This document shows, one piece after another, positions 1-9,614 of a stretch of DNA of 64,000 nt. A program made the translations under genes and the position numbers. Each line of letters begins with the position of its first letter. Position 1 is the stretch's first letter. This DNA is from an uncultured Acidobacteriota bacterium. GTDB taxonomy: Bacteria > Acidobacteriota > Terriglobia > UBA7540. The stretch covers positions 1,184,001-1,248,000 of the forward strand of contig CAWDSK010000003.1 in NCBI GenBank assembly GCA_963804995.1, in the 5' to 3' direction. The notes beneath the pieces are model-generated. The model had not been told where the DNA came from, did not search any database, and was given only the letters and a program-made list of their open reading frames with translations.

Positions 1-843
1 CGTTTCGACAACATCATCTGGTTGAACGGCAATGATTTCAATACCTGGCAAAACCCTGTCGATGACGCTGCGCTGCGAGCCGTAGCGGAGGGTATCAAGT
101 CCTCTGATCCCCGGCACCTTCAAACCATCGAGCTGAACGTCGAAACGAGTTCCTCTTACGATGATCCCACCTGGGTACCGATTGTTTCCGTCAACGGTAC
201 CTACACCTACTCGCCGACCTATTTTCAGATGTGGCATAGCTACAATCAGACGCCTATCGCACCGACCTACTTGCTGGAGGCGCATTATGATTTGGCGGAT
301 TTCGGCAAGCCGTGGGATTACGGGACGCCGTCAGTGCTGAGACGCCAAGAGTATTGGGCGATGCTGAGTGGGGGTAAGGGGCAGCTTTACGGTAACATCT
401 ATACTTGCTACTTCCTGCCCGGCTGGAAGTTCCATATCGACACCATGGGAGTGACCCAGTTCATGATTTGGCACGCTTTTTTCTCTTCCCTGCCGTGGCA
501 GGATCTCGTTCCGGATCAAGACCATACGGTCGTCACTGCCGGGCTTGGAACTCTGGGGGACCTCCACACGCGGGTCAGCAAAAGCGATTTTTGCACTGCC
601 TCCAAAACGCCTGATGGCTCCTGGGTAGTCGCCTATATGCCCACCGCTCGGGAGATCACTGTCAACATGGCGAGTTTGAAAGCGCCGGCAAACGCCAAGT
701 GGTTTGACCCCACGAACGGAACATACACCACCCTCCCCGGAGGGCCCTTCAAGAACACCGGAACGCGCCAATTCCTGCCGCCCGGGAACCGTCACGACGG
801 CGACACCGACTGGGTCCTGCTGCTGGAGGCTTCTACCCCCTAG
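1..843 (+). CDS. DUF4038/apiosidase-like (GH140-like) protein with C-terminal putative collagen-binding domain, 5'-partial
   Basis: Frame is open from position 1 (RFDNIIWLNGND). Motifs E-A-H-Y-D, LRRQEYWAMLSG, W..L.PD, and a C-terminal AKWFDP.NG...DWVLLL typical of this family. Confidence 0.7.
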   Translation, partial: RFDNIIWLNGNDFNTWQNPVDDAALRAVAEGIKSSDPRHLQTIELNVETSSSYDDPTWVPIVSVNGTYTYSPTYFQMWHSYNQTPIAPTYLLEAHYDLADFGKPWDYGTPSVLRRQEYWAMLSGGKGQLYGNIYTCYFLPGWKFHIDTMGVTQFMIWHAFFSSLPWQDLVPDQDHTVVTAGLGTLGDLHTRVSKSDFCTASKTPDGSWVVAYMPTAREITVNMASLKAPANAKWFDPTNGTYTTLPGGPFKNTGTRQFLPPGNRHDGDTDWVLLLEASTP

Positions 844-890
844 CCCGCATTTCTCCCCGCGGTGGCAACGAAGATTCTTGAGGTCAGCGG

Positions 891-910
891 CGCCCCGACT
901 CGTCGGGGCG
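891..910. repeat. Short perfect hairpin CGCCCCGAC-TC-GTCGGGGCG between convergent genes (REP-like or terminator-like)
   Basis: Inverted repeat seen directly. It shares the GACTCGTC core with the elements at 31270 and 37488. Confidence 0.55.
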
Positions 911-952
911 ATTCACGTCATCTCATCGCACCAGAATCGCTCAGGCACTCCC

Positions 953-1624
953 TCAGAGACTCGGTATGGAAATTGAGCCCAGGTCTGACGAGAGCAGGAT
1001 CCGGCTCACTTTCTTGAGGTACGGACTGGGCGCATCGGTGGCTGGAAACTCGAACGCGCAAACGTCAAACTTAACATTTTGCATTTGAACAGCATGCTGA
1101 GTGAAGATGATCCGGCAATTGGTAAAGCTGCCATTTCCCAAAAAACCCTCGTCGAAGAGGATGGTTTTATCGAATTCTCGTATTCCCCTCATAATGCCTA
1201 CACTCAAGATCTCGCTCAACGCCTTGGGCTGCTCTCCCTGCGGGACCTTGGGCGCCATATGGAAGCTTGCGAATTGAAGAAACCGCAGAACCGTGGGCCA
1301 GTAATCCGTAGCGGATTCATCCGTCTGCCGCAATTTGCCGGTTAGGGAGGTCAGCGTTGCCTGGTCCACCACGGCCGCGGGACTGGATTGTTCGATAACG
1401 TGCCGCAATTGCTGCAAAGAGTGCTGGAACGCCTTCTGGTCTAAATAGCTGATTTGCTCCAGAGTGAGCGCTGGGCGGTTCGCGTCGACCTTCTCCGGTC
1501 CTTCCGCGGAATTCACCGTACGGTTGCCGGTGCACGCGCCCAGGCTCACCATCGACAGGCAAGCTGCACTTAGAAAAATCGCGACGAGCGGGCGGTTCCT
1601 ATTTACAGCAGGCATTGTGGTCAT
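953..1624 (-). CDS. Hypothetical lipoprotein
   Basis: 223-aa ORF with a basic N-terminus, a hydrophobic stretch and a lipobox-like SLGA-C. Confidence 0.6.
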   Translation of the reverse strand: MTTMPAVNRNRPLVAIFLSAACLSMVSLGACTGNRTVNSAEGPEKVDANRPALTLEQISYLDQKAFQHSLQQLRHVIEQSSPAAVVDQATLTSLTGKLRQTDESATDYWPTVLRFLQFASFHMAPKVPQGEQPKALSEILSVGIMRGIREFDKTILFDEGFLGNGSFTNCRIIFTQHAVQMQNVKFDVCAFEFPATDAPSPYLKKVSRILLSSDLGSISIPSL

Positions 1625-1750
1625 AAGGGTAGGCTCCTGCAGGGTCAGTAATCCACACCCCTCCAGAAATTGGGTGTGTCCAGAGGGTGCCGGTCGGGCG
1701 CTCTTCTGCGCAAGAGCAGGCGTCGACCGCCGCTCCCGCGGGGCACGACC

Positions 1751-3202
1751 TTATGGAACGTAGTCGGTGCCTCTCCAGTAATTCGGGACGGTCACGTACT
1801 CGAAGCGATTGGGATTGGCTTTCACTAACGCGTCTGCCTCGGAGTTCCACAGAGTGCCATGTCCGATCGTGCCGTTGCCGTACATGTTGTTATCCTGCAC
1901 GACGGTCTGATCCAGGATGTAGTTGCTGAAGCCTTGGCCGTTTCGGGAAATTTCGTCTTCGCCTTGCCGCCAGGTCGCATGTTGCTGGTCGTGTTGGATG
2001 TCTTCGGCTCTTGCCCGCGCCATGGTGTCGGCGCCGATCTGTTTAGTATGGGCAATCTGTTGCTGTGTGAACGCCTCCAGTGCCTGCGTGTGAGCCTCCA
2101 TGATCTGATGAAACTGGGCCGTCTGAACGTTGACCTGGCTTTGCACACGCTGCTCATCCACTCGGTAGCTGGCCATAATGGCAGCAGAGATGGCACGTTG
2201 CCGTTCCGTGGCGCCCAAGGGAAGCTGATATTGCGAAACGATGTAGGAGTATCCGCCTTTTTGATCAGGCTGCGACCTACACAGCAACTCCGCCAACTCC
2301 CTCATAGTTTTGCCGTCAGCATTAACCTGGCCGGTGGCGTTCACGCATTGCCCTTGTGACCCCTCGATGGGCTTTACGCTATCAACCTTAAGCGGAGCCG
2401 GACCGGCGCCAGCGGTAGCCCGCATCCGCTGAAAAAGGTCGGGGAAGGCCCTCGTCATGTCGGCGTTATAGGGATAGATAACGATAAAGGGAAGGGGCTT
2501 GACCCCCATGCGCATTTGGCTCTGGAAGGCGGGGGCCCTGGGATCTTGCCCCATAAAGCGCAGGTTAAGCGCAATCTTCTCCCCTTGGGGACCGTTGACC
2601 ACCGCGGTTCCGCCTTTGCTCCACTGATCCACGCTCCACCCGTCGGGAAGGCTGACCGTGGCGGTGCTGTCAGACAAGCTAACCGTGTGCATGGGGGGAA
2701 GGGTTACTCCGCCGCCCGCGCCTGGTTGCGCCGGGGCTTTTCCCGCCGGGGCTGGCGCAACTCCGCCCGGATGCCACACGCCGAACAACTGGCTCAGCAG
2801 GGGATTCATGGTCGAGCCAAAACGCGCCGCCGCATCGCTCACCAAGGCTGCTTCCACCGCCTTGGGACCGGTCTGAGAAGCGATCAGCATGCCCGCCACG
2901 GGGACGTTGCCCCCCGCATGGTTGGTTACCGTAAAAAACACCGCGTCCGAATTGCTGCCCCGCACCCGAAAGACTTTTCCCACTTGTGGCTTTTCGCCAA
3001 CGCCGTTCTGCACGTTGTGCAGAATGCGGGCCATGGCCATGGCCGGGGTAGTGGCCCCCTCTACCAGTCCGTAGGTAATCATTCCGCCTTGCTTACCCTG
3101 AAGAGTCGTTAGCGCAGATTGGGCCGGCGGTACAGACGAACCGGCCACTACAAAGAGCAGACTGAGAACTGCTGAGAGATAAAACCGTTTATAGCTGCAC
3201 AT
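1751..3202 (-). CDS. Secreted hypothetical protein (about 483 aa)
   Basis: Start moved to ATG 3202, which is preceded by AAAGGGGTGA (SD-like) and followed by a signal peptide (KRFYLSAVLSLLFVVAG...AQSA). Pro/Ala/Gly linker and Gln-rich helical C-terminal region. Confidence 0.7.
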   Translation of the reverse strand: MCSYKRFYLSAVLSLLFVVAGSSVPPAQSALTTLQGKQGGMITYGLVEGATTPAMAMARILHNVQNGVGEKPQVGKVFRVRGSNSDAVFFTVTNHAGGNVPVAGMLIASQTGPKAVEAALVSDAAARFGSTMNPLLSQLFGVWHPGGVAPAPAGKAPAQPGAGGGVTLPPMHTVSLSDSTATVSLPDGWSVDQWSKGGTAVVNGPQGEKIALNLRFMGQDPRAPAFQSQMRMGVKPLPFIVIYPYNADMTRAFPDLFQRMRATAGAGPAPLKVDSVKPIEGSQGQCVNATGQVNADGKTMRELAELLCRSQPDQKGGYSYIVSQYQLPLGATERQRAISAAIMASYRVDEQRVQSQVNVQTAQFHQIMEAHTQALEAFTQQQIAHTKQIGADTMARARAEDIQHDQQHATWRQGEDEISRNGQGFSNYILDQTVVQDNNMYGNGTIGHGTLWNSEADALVKANPNRFEYVTVPNYWRGTDYVP

Positions 3203-3687
3203 GATCGTCACCCCTTTCTGTGCTTCTTCGAAGCATCCAAGCTGGTAGCCGCGGTCAGCGCCTTCCTGACCGCGGGTTCTTAAGGCGCAATGGGTATAGC
3301 AAATGAGTATCCTGGTCTTTGTCTCGTCAAGGCTGACCCGGCCGGCCGTCGAGTCGCACTCGATCCGGCATCGGAATTTTACGTCAAATCTATAGTGGCC
3401 GGAATTTCCATTTTGGACTCCGCTGCCGCCCCAAAGCGTACGTCTGACCCGTACCGAATGCAACTGCCAGTTGCGCCCGCGCCTCTCCGCGCTTCCACGG
3501 ACCGCATGGGGCCAGTTTCCACTCCCCGGAGGCTGCCAAGACTCGAAAGTAGGCTATTGATTTTCCAGGCGGCTCGAGTTTTGGCGAACCACAGGAATCC
3601 AAACCCAGCATTCTCCGCTTGACTGAGGCTGAGCAGAAGTCTAAAACCTAACCCTGCTGGAATCGTTCCAGGAAACGAGCGTGACAC

Positions 3688-6318
3688 ATGAAGCCTGATC
3701 ATCGAATCAGAAGGCGTGAGTTCCTCCAGAATGCCTGTTTGGGTGCGAGCTCGCTGCTCGCGAGGAGCAACCAATTCGGATTCGCCGATGCGGCGTTTTC
3801 GCCGGTGGGCGGGTCAACTGACATGATGCCGCCGCTGCAGGTAAGTTTAGAGCCCACCCAGAACGTGTGGATCACCCGCGAACCGGGCTCCGGATTTCAG
3901 GAGCAGCTTGCTGCGCGTGAACTCAGCCGCGGGTTGCGGAACCTGGTCTTGGCGCGCGAGCCTACTCTCGCTCTCACAACGGAAGGGCAACCCAGCGCAA
4001 CGGCACTTACCTTTTCTCTTCTGGTAGCGAAGCAGGCATTCAAGCATCCCGAAGGGTACGAGATTTCAAACGAGACGACGGCGGGCCAAGCACCGCGCGT
4101 ACGCTTGAGCGCCGCCACCCCGCAGGCAGTGCTTTACGCCGTCTTTGATTTTCTGGAGCGGCAGGGGGCGTTCTTCGGACTTGATGGAGAAGTGTATCCG
4201 CTTGATGCCGCTCGCGCGCTCAATCTGCCTCAGCCCGGTTCGCCCTGGCGTGCCCAACCGCGTTTCGATGTGCGCGGAACGCTACCCTGGCCTGATTTCT
4301 TGAATTGCGTCAGCGTCTATAACCGCGAGGATTTTCGCGCCTATCTTGAGTCGCTGCTGCGCATGCGCTTCAACACGCTGGGAATTCACGTCTACTCTAT
4401 GGCGAAACAGTGGACCGAGTCGTTTCTCTCCTTTGAATACGCTGGCGCCGGCCACCTGGCTTATACGGATACGACGGCGACGAACCGCTGGGGCTATATC
4501 CCGGAGCGCACCTCGCGATACGGAATGGGCTCGCCGCAATTCTACGCGAGCGAGGTGTTTGGCTCAGAAGTAACGACCCAGGCGCGCAATTGCTGGGAGG
4601 CCGCTGAACTCGCGCAGCAGCTTTGGCGTGAGGCGTTCCGTTACGCGGAGCAGCTCGGCATCCGCACTGGCGTGGGCTTTGAGCCTTACTCCGTTCCGGA
4701 TGAAATCGTGCAAGCCGTGCCCCCCGAGGCGTTGTTCAAAAAGAAGGACCCCAAGGATCCAGGCCCACCCATCGATCCTGAGTCGGTCGCGGCCAAGGAT
4801 ATTCTGGAGACACGGCTGGGCCAGTTGCTCGAAGCCTATCCGAACCTCGACTACGTCTGGCTCTGGGAAGATGAGGAAAGCAATTGGGCCAGCCAGAAGG
4901 TAAACATTCCGCTCTCGGTAACGCCCTTCCGGCAGGCTCATGATTTCCTCAAGCGGCAGGCGCCCGCGAAGCGCCTGGTGATTTCAGGTTGGGGCGGCGT
5001 GGTGCGGCACTTCGCCTACTTCCATCAACACCTGCCCGGTGATGTCATCTTTACTTCGCTCAATGACAGCCTGGGTTGGGACCTGGTCAGTGAGGAGTAC
5101 GCGAAGCTCGAAGGGCGTGAGCGCTGGCCCATTCCGTGGCTCGAGGACGATCCCGGCATGTGGCTGCCGCAGTTCCACGTCCACCGCCTGGCCGAAGACA
5201 TGGACCGCGCCAAAAAGTTCGGCTGTCAGGGATTGCTCGGAATCCACTGGCGCCACCGCATCATGGAAGCGAACTCAACGTTCCAGTCGCGCCGTTCCTG
5301 GGATGAGTCGCTGAAACCGGAGCCATACTTTCAGGCTCTCGCCACCGCCCAGGCGCGCGCCCCGCGGGCGGAGAAGCTTGGGCAGGTTCTAAACGACACC
5401 GACCAGAAGCGGCTAATCCTCTGCTCGTGGTCGGGGGAAATCAAGGAAGGCCATCACCAGATCCACGAATACTCCGGGGACTACGATGAAGCGTTCGAGT
5501 ACTGGAGTGGTTACGAGCCGTCTGCGGACGTAAAGAAATCCCAGGCCGCGGTGGGGCAGGAGTTGCGGAAACTCACGGAGGCTGCCTCAAGCCCGGCAGA
5601 GAAGGAACGCCTCAACTACCTCGCGCGGCACATTGAATTCCTGACGCCTTACTCTGAATCTTGGTCGCTGGCTTATCACCTGGACCTCGATCTGAAGAAG
5701 GCCAAGGAACTGAAGTCGAAGGGCCAGGCCGATGAGGCTAAGAAGCTCGTGATGAGTGAATGCGTTCCCCGCTGGTTGAAGCTAGCGCCACTGGTCCGGG
5801 AGACCCTGCTCGATTTTCAGGAGATCGTGAGCACCCGGAGCGATCAGGGAACACTCGCATCGATGCACAATAAGTATGAGCGCCTGGCGCTTTACCGCTT
5901 GCGCGCTTCCCTGAAGGAATTCCTGGGTGACTTGCCACCCGAGACGGAACGAATGTTTGAAGAAGTCCGGAGGCCTGAGGCAACAGCAGCGCCGCGCGTC
6001 TTCGTTCCTACCCGCCCCACGCTGCTTCGCCCGGGTGACCAGGTACGCCTGTGGGCGGTGGCTCCGCACGGTGACGAAGTGAATCATGTCGTACTCTATA
6101 CGCGCATGACTGAGGCTAAGGGCTGGCACTCGACGCCCATGCGCCCGGCCGGGCGGCGGCGGACCTTTCTTGGCGAGCTTGCTTGCCTGGACGCCTCGCG
6201 CCCGCTGCTCGATTACTACGTCGAAGCCGAATTCCGGGTCGGAGCCGAAAAGACCCTGGCAACCGCACCGCTCGAAGCGCCGGGAAGGTTCTATACGGCG
6301 ACGCTAGTCTCCCCATAA
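3688..6318 (+). CDS. Tat-exported putative glycoside hydrolase-like protein
   Basis: Twin-arginine motif RRREFLQ. VLYAVFDFLE and PRFDVRG segments resemble the N-domain/barrel junction of GH20/GH67/GH115-type enzymes. 876 aa. Confidence 0.6.
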   Translation: MKPDHRIRRREFLQNACLGASSLLARSNQFGFADAAFSPVGGSTDMMPPLQVSLEPTQNVWITREPGSGFQEQLAARELSRGLRNLVLAREPTLALTTEGQPSATALTFSLLVAKQAFKHPEGYEISNETTAGQAPRVRLSAATPQAVLYAVFDFLERQGAFFGLDGEVYPLDAARALNLPQPGSPWRAQPRFDVRGTLPWPDFLNCVSVYNREDFRAYLESLLRMRFNTLGIHVYSMAKQWTESFLSFEYAGAGHLAYTDTTATNRWGYIPERTSRYGMGSPQFYASEVFGSEVTTQARNCWEAAELAQQLWREAFRYAEQLGIRTGVGFEPYSVPDEIVQAVPPEALFKKKDPKDPGPPIDPESVAAKDILETRLGQLLEAYPNLDYVWLWEDEESNWASQKVNIPLSVTPFRQAHDFLKRQAPAKRLVISGWGGVVRHFAYFHQHLPGDVIFTSLNDSLGWDLVSEEYAKLEGRERWPIPWLEDDPGMWLPQFHVHRLAEDMDRAKKFGCQGLLGIHWRHRIMEANSTFQSRRSWDESLKPEPYFQALATAQARAPRAEKLGQVLNDTDQKRLILCSWSGEIKEGHHQIHEYSGDYDEAFEYWSGYEPSADVKKSQAAVGQELRKLTEAASSPAEKERLNYLARHIEFLTPYSESWSLAYHLDLDLKKAKELKSKGQADEAKKLVMSECVPRWLKLAPLVRETLLDFQEIVSTRSDQGTLASMHNKYERLALYRLRASLKEFLGDLPPETERMFEEVRRPEATAAPRVFVPTRPTLLRPGDQVRLWAVAPHGDEVNHVVLYTRMTEAKGWHSTPMRPAGRRRTFLGELACLDASRPLLDYYVEAEFRVGAEKTLATAPLEAPGRFYTATLVSP

Positions 6319-6357
6319 AGGTGATTGCGGCGAAGCTAAATGCCGCAGGCTTGGCCG

Positions 6358-7800
6358 TCACTCGCAGGGTTCGATACTCTCTCCACGCAAGCGCTTAGCG
6401 TCTTCGCAGCCGATGCGTTGCATCATCTTGCGGCGCTCGGTGAAGTAGGATTCGAGTCTGCTTCCCACCATCTTGGGAACTACCACGATCTGGTTATAGG
6501 CCATGTGTTTCCAGGAAATCGGCCCCCGGTGTGGGATGAGTCCGGTTCCCCACTGAAAAACGAAGGCCAGGTTCCAGAGAATCAGGATGCCGATGGCCAG
6601 TGCCGCGGAGGCGAATGCTGCCCGCTCCTGCTTGAACCAGCCAGCCGCTTCGTTGAGGGTGACCGCCGAGCCCAGAATGAAGAAGGGCGTGAGAGAAATG
6701 AAGAAGCGATTTCCAAACGACGAGGCGCCGTGCCACTCGGGATAACACGCCACGATGCCGTACAGGGCGGCAAAAGCGGCAAGTGAGTAAATGGCCAGCT
6801 CACGGTCGTATTTCCGCAGGAGCACCAAGCCTACGAGTGCCGGGATGACGATGGGCGTCCAGGAAAGCAGTCCGTGGTTCGAGGAAACGAGGGGCTGCCA
6901 AAGGGCCAGATGGAATCCCTGGGAGAACGCGAATTCCTCGTATCCCGTTTTCCAGACGTGGCCGTAAATGATGTGCCGCGTTATCAAGGTCGGCGAAAAG
7001 GCAACGAGGCCAGCGCAAACATACAGAAGATTCGCCGAAAGAAGCTTGCGCACGGGCCTCCAGTTGCGCTCGGGAACTCTCGACTCCCGCCAGTAGCCGC
7101 GTGCCGACTCCAGGAGCGGGAGCATCAGGACAGCGAGGTTGAGATAGTACACATCCAGCATCAGGCCCGACAGCAGGCCGAGAATCGCCCACTGCCCCAG
7201 GGTGCGTCCCGTGCGAGTCCTGTGCCAGTACCAAAGAAAGATCGCGACCACGAACACCGAGTGCGCATGGGAATAAGCAGGATTGAAATACATGTAGACC
7301 GGCAGGGAGCTGGCAAGCCACATGCCGAGGGTCGCGAGAAACGCCCAGCGCGCAGGGACGTAGATACTCGCAAGGCTGAAAGAGATCGCAAGCCCCAGAA
7401 ATCCATAGAGTGCGGTCGCTAAGGCCATAGTCAGGATATAAGGCAGTGAGAAGCCATCCGCATTGACCTTTACGCCGGCTTTGGACAAAGTCACCATCAG
7501 CACATGCACGGGCGCCAACCATGGCATCCAGAGCAGGGCCGGCCCCACCGAATAGCGATTCGGCAGGTGACCGGTCGGCGTGTAGCGGGTCTGTAGATGA
7601 CCTTCCGCATCGAGTGTGGGGTTGATGAAGGGCGAGTTGGAATGAATCCAATCGTCCTCAAATCTCAGGTCGTGCTGGACCAAGTGGGATCTTGCGTAGG
7701 CGTAATAACCCACCCCGTCGCCGCGCACCAGAGGGTTGACAAACGGCAAGGTCAGCAAAAAGATAGTCACCAAAGCTCGCTGGTGGGTAGACAGTTTCAT
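6358..7800 (-). CDS. GT-C fold polytopic membrane glycosyltransferase (ArnT/PMT-like)
   Basis: Multiple TM helices, DGVGYYAY in the first loop, and HGLLSWTP and WHGASSFGNRF motifs. Confidence 0.65.
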   Translation of the reverse strand: MKLSTHQRALVTIFLLTLPFVNPLVRGDGVGYYAYARSHLVQHDLRFEDDWIHSNSPFINPTLDAEGHLQTRYTPTGHLPNRYSVGPALLWMPWLAPVHVLMVTLSKAGVKVNADGFSLPYILTMALATALYGFLGLAISFSLASIYVPARWAFLATLGMWLASSLPVYMYFNPAYSHAHSVFVVAIFLWYWHRTRTGRTLGQWAILGLLSGLMLDVYYLNLAVLMLPLLESARGYWRESRVPERNWRPVRKLLSANLLYVCAGLVAFSPTLITRHIIYGHVWKTGYEEFAFSQGFHLALWQPLVSSNHGLLSWTPIVIPALVGLVLLRKYDRELAIYSLAAFAALYGIVACYPEWHGASSFGNRFFISLTPFFILGSAVTLNEAAGWFKQERAAFASAALAIGILILWNLAFVFQWGTGLIPHRGPISWKHMAYNQIVVVPKMVGSRLESYFTERRKMMQRIGCEDAKRLRGESIEPCE

Positions 7801-7964
7801 GTGGTCTCAAGTTCTTCCGGCTTGGAGCCACCCGTGGGTCGATGGATAGATCCCCTTGACTGAGCCTACCGGCAGAATGCTTCCCGCTGAGCGCGGAGCA
7901 CGCCGGGTGGTGCGATCTCCCAACCCTTTCCGGGCATGATTTTCATGGGTCTACGAATCCAGCC

Positions 7965-9080
7965 TTACGAATCTGAGCCGCCTGGGGCGGCTTGGGTCCC
8001 CCGCTGGCTCAACGGCGGCAGGGCGGTTAGGAATATCGCCGTCGAGAGACTCAGAATGGGCCCGGCCACGTTAAAGAGCGCCCGGGTGGTGTTCCCCCTC
8101 GCGTTATTGTAAGCGCCCAGAGCCAAGGCTTCCGAAAACGCCAGGGCGGTGGCCAGGACCCAGGGCCGCGGCAGGCGGAGCAAACGCAGGATCCCCAGGG
8201 GCAGCAACCAGATAAAAACATACCAAAACGTGTGGTCGAGTAGGCACCCTCGCAACCCGGCAAGGAATCCGACACCGACATGCATATACTCAGCAAACTC
8301 CCAGGGCCAAACCCAACCACCGGCAACCGTCGACATGACAATGGTTACAGTTGAGAGGCTCAAGATTCCCAATGCACAGACCCAGAAGAGACGGGAGATC
8401 CGCCAACGGCTCTGCTGCACCTCGGCCAACCACCACCCCATCGCAAACAGACTGGAAAGTGGAGCGAAGGTCTCCTTGGCAAGCGCGCCAAAAATGCCCC
8501 AGAGCGGCAACAAGAACCAGCGCTCGGTTAGCAACGACCAGACCATGGCCATCACAAAACAGCTTTCGGCGGAATCGATCAGCCCAACCAGGTTGAAATT
8601 AGCGACGCAAAAATTGAGCAGGAAGAGCGTGGCGCCCAGCAAGGCCGTGGAAAAATCGAGGGTCAAAGTAAACCCGACGGATACCAACAAGCAGGCAGTG
8701 GTTGCCGTGAAAATCCCATTCGCCACCAGCAAGCCGAAGAGGGCGGGGTCCCAGGTGCCCACGTGGCCTTTGGCCAGCCAATAAAACGGCTTGGCGACGT
8801 AAGGCACCAGCACACGGTAGTAGTTCTCCGCTTGGGCAAGCCGCGTTGCGGCCCCACCCGCATCGGAGGGACGCCGTGGTTGGTGACCGAGGACGATTTC
8901 GCGATACACAGCCACATCAGAGGTCCCCTCTGACTTCCCGGGATCATAACGATTCAGGGGGGGGTACCCCAGGCCCAAGCAAATCAGAAAGAAAAGCAGC
9001 CAGAGCAGTGCTATTCGTGGAGGTATGACCAGTGAGTTCGGTTCTGCGCGACGACTTGACTCGCTGACTACTTCGGACAT
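7965..9080 (-). CDS. Polytopic membrane protein, probable GT-C-type transferase
   Basis: About 9 hydrophobic segments, YRVLVP in the first loop and an ALAKET motif. Confidence 0.5.
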   Translation of the reverse strand: MSEVVSESSRRAEPNSLVIPPRIALLWLLFFLICLGLGYPPLNRYDPGKSEGTSDVAVYREIVLGHQPRRPSDAGGAATRLAQAENYYRVLVPYVAKPFYWLAKGHVGTWDPALFGLLVANGIFTATTACLLVSVGFTLTLDFSTALLGATLFLLNFCVANFNLVGLIDSAESCFVMAMVWSLLTERWFLLPLWGIFGALAKETFAPLSSLFAMGWWLAEVQQSRWRISRLFWVCALGILSLSTVTIVMSTVAGGWVWPWEFAEYMHVGVGFLAGLRGCLLDHTFWYVFIWLLPLGILRLLRLPRPWVLATALAFSEALALGAYNNARGNTTRALFNVAGPILSLSTAIFLTALPPLSQRGTQAAPGGSDS

Positions 9081-9266
9081 GAGAATTTGACCTATAAGAA
9101 AATGTCAGCCGCCGTGTAAGTCCATTCCGCAGCATTGGCAGGCAGCGTGAGGTCCAGATCCCTCTGCCCCACTGGCATCCACCTATGCCCGAATTCCGTC
9201 TTCAGTCCTGGGGCTTCGCTTCAGTATACACCCAGCACAAAGACCGGACCGGGTCACCTCGCGCCT

Positions 9267-9376
9267 GGGTAGTGGGTCAATTTGGATTGTTGTAGCAGCG
9301 TTCTCCGACCGCCGGTTTTTAGAATCAGTGAATTCGGCGATCAGAGATCGCCGCTACAGCAAAATGACCCACTACC
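9267..9376. mobile_element. MITE-like element with GGTAGTGGGTCA terminal inverted repeats, an 8-bp flanking direct repeat and an internal REP-like hairpin
   Basis: GGTAGTGGGTCAATTTG (9268) versus CAAAATGACCCACTACC (ends 9376). TCGCGCCT at 9259-9266 and 9377-9384. Internal TGTAGC...CGGCGATCAGAGATCGCCGCTACA. Confidence 0.7.
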
Positions 9377-9416
9377 TCGCGCCTCGCCTATTTGCCGTCT
9401 GGAGCGGAGGCGGAAG

Positions 9417-9444
9417 GCGGTAGCTGCTGCTACCGCAGTCCAAA
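9417..9444. repeat. REP-like hairpin GCGGTAGCTGCTGCTACCGC followed by AGTCCAAA
   Basis: Palindrome seen directly. The tail resembles the GCACTCCGAAA end of the 31270/37488 family. Confidence 0.5.
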
Positions 9445-9614
9445 ACGCCCTGCGTGCCTTTCTCCGGGGTGTCAGGCATGGTGTATACTTGCGCCCGTAG
9501 CAGAATCAAAATGGAGAGTAGGGGCTTGTTTAAAGGCAATCCTTAACATTCGAACCCGGCCAATTCTTTTCAGGCATAGCGCGATGTGGGCCGATCGCTG
9601 AAAATGATACGCAG

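Noticed and set aside
3203..3463. N-terminal extension of the 570-aa ORF
   Set aside because: The SD and signal peptide point to ATG 3202. The extension covers the divergent promoter region.
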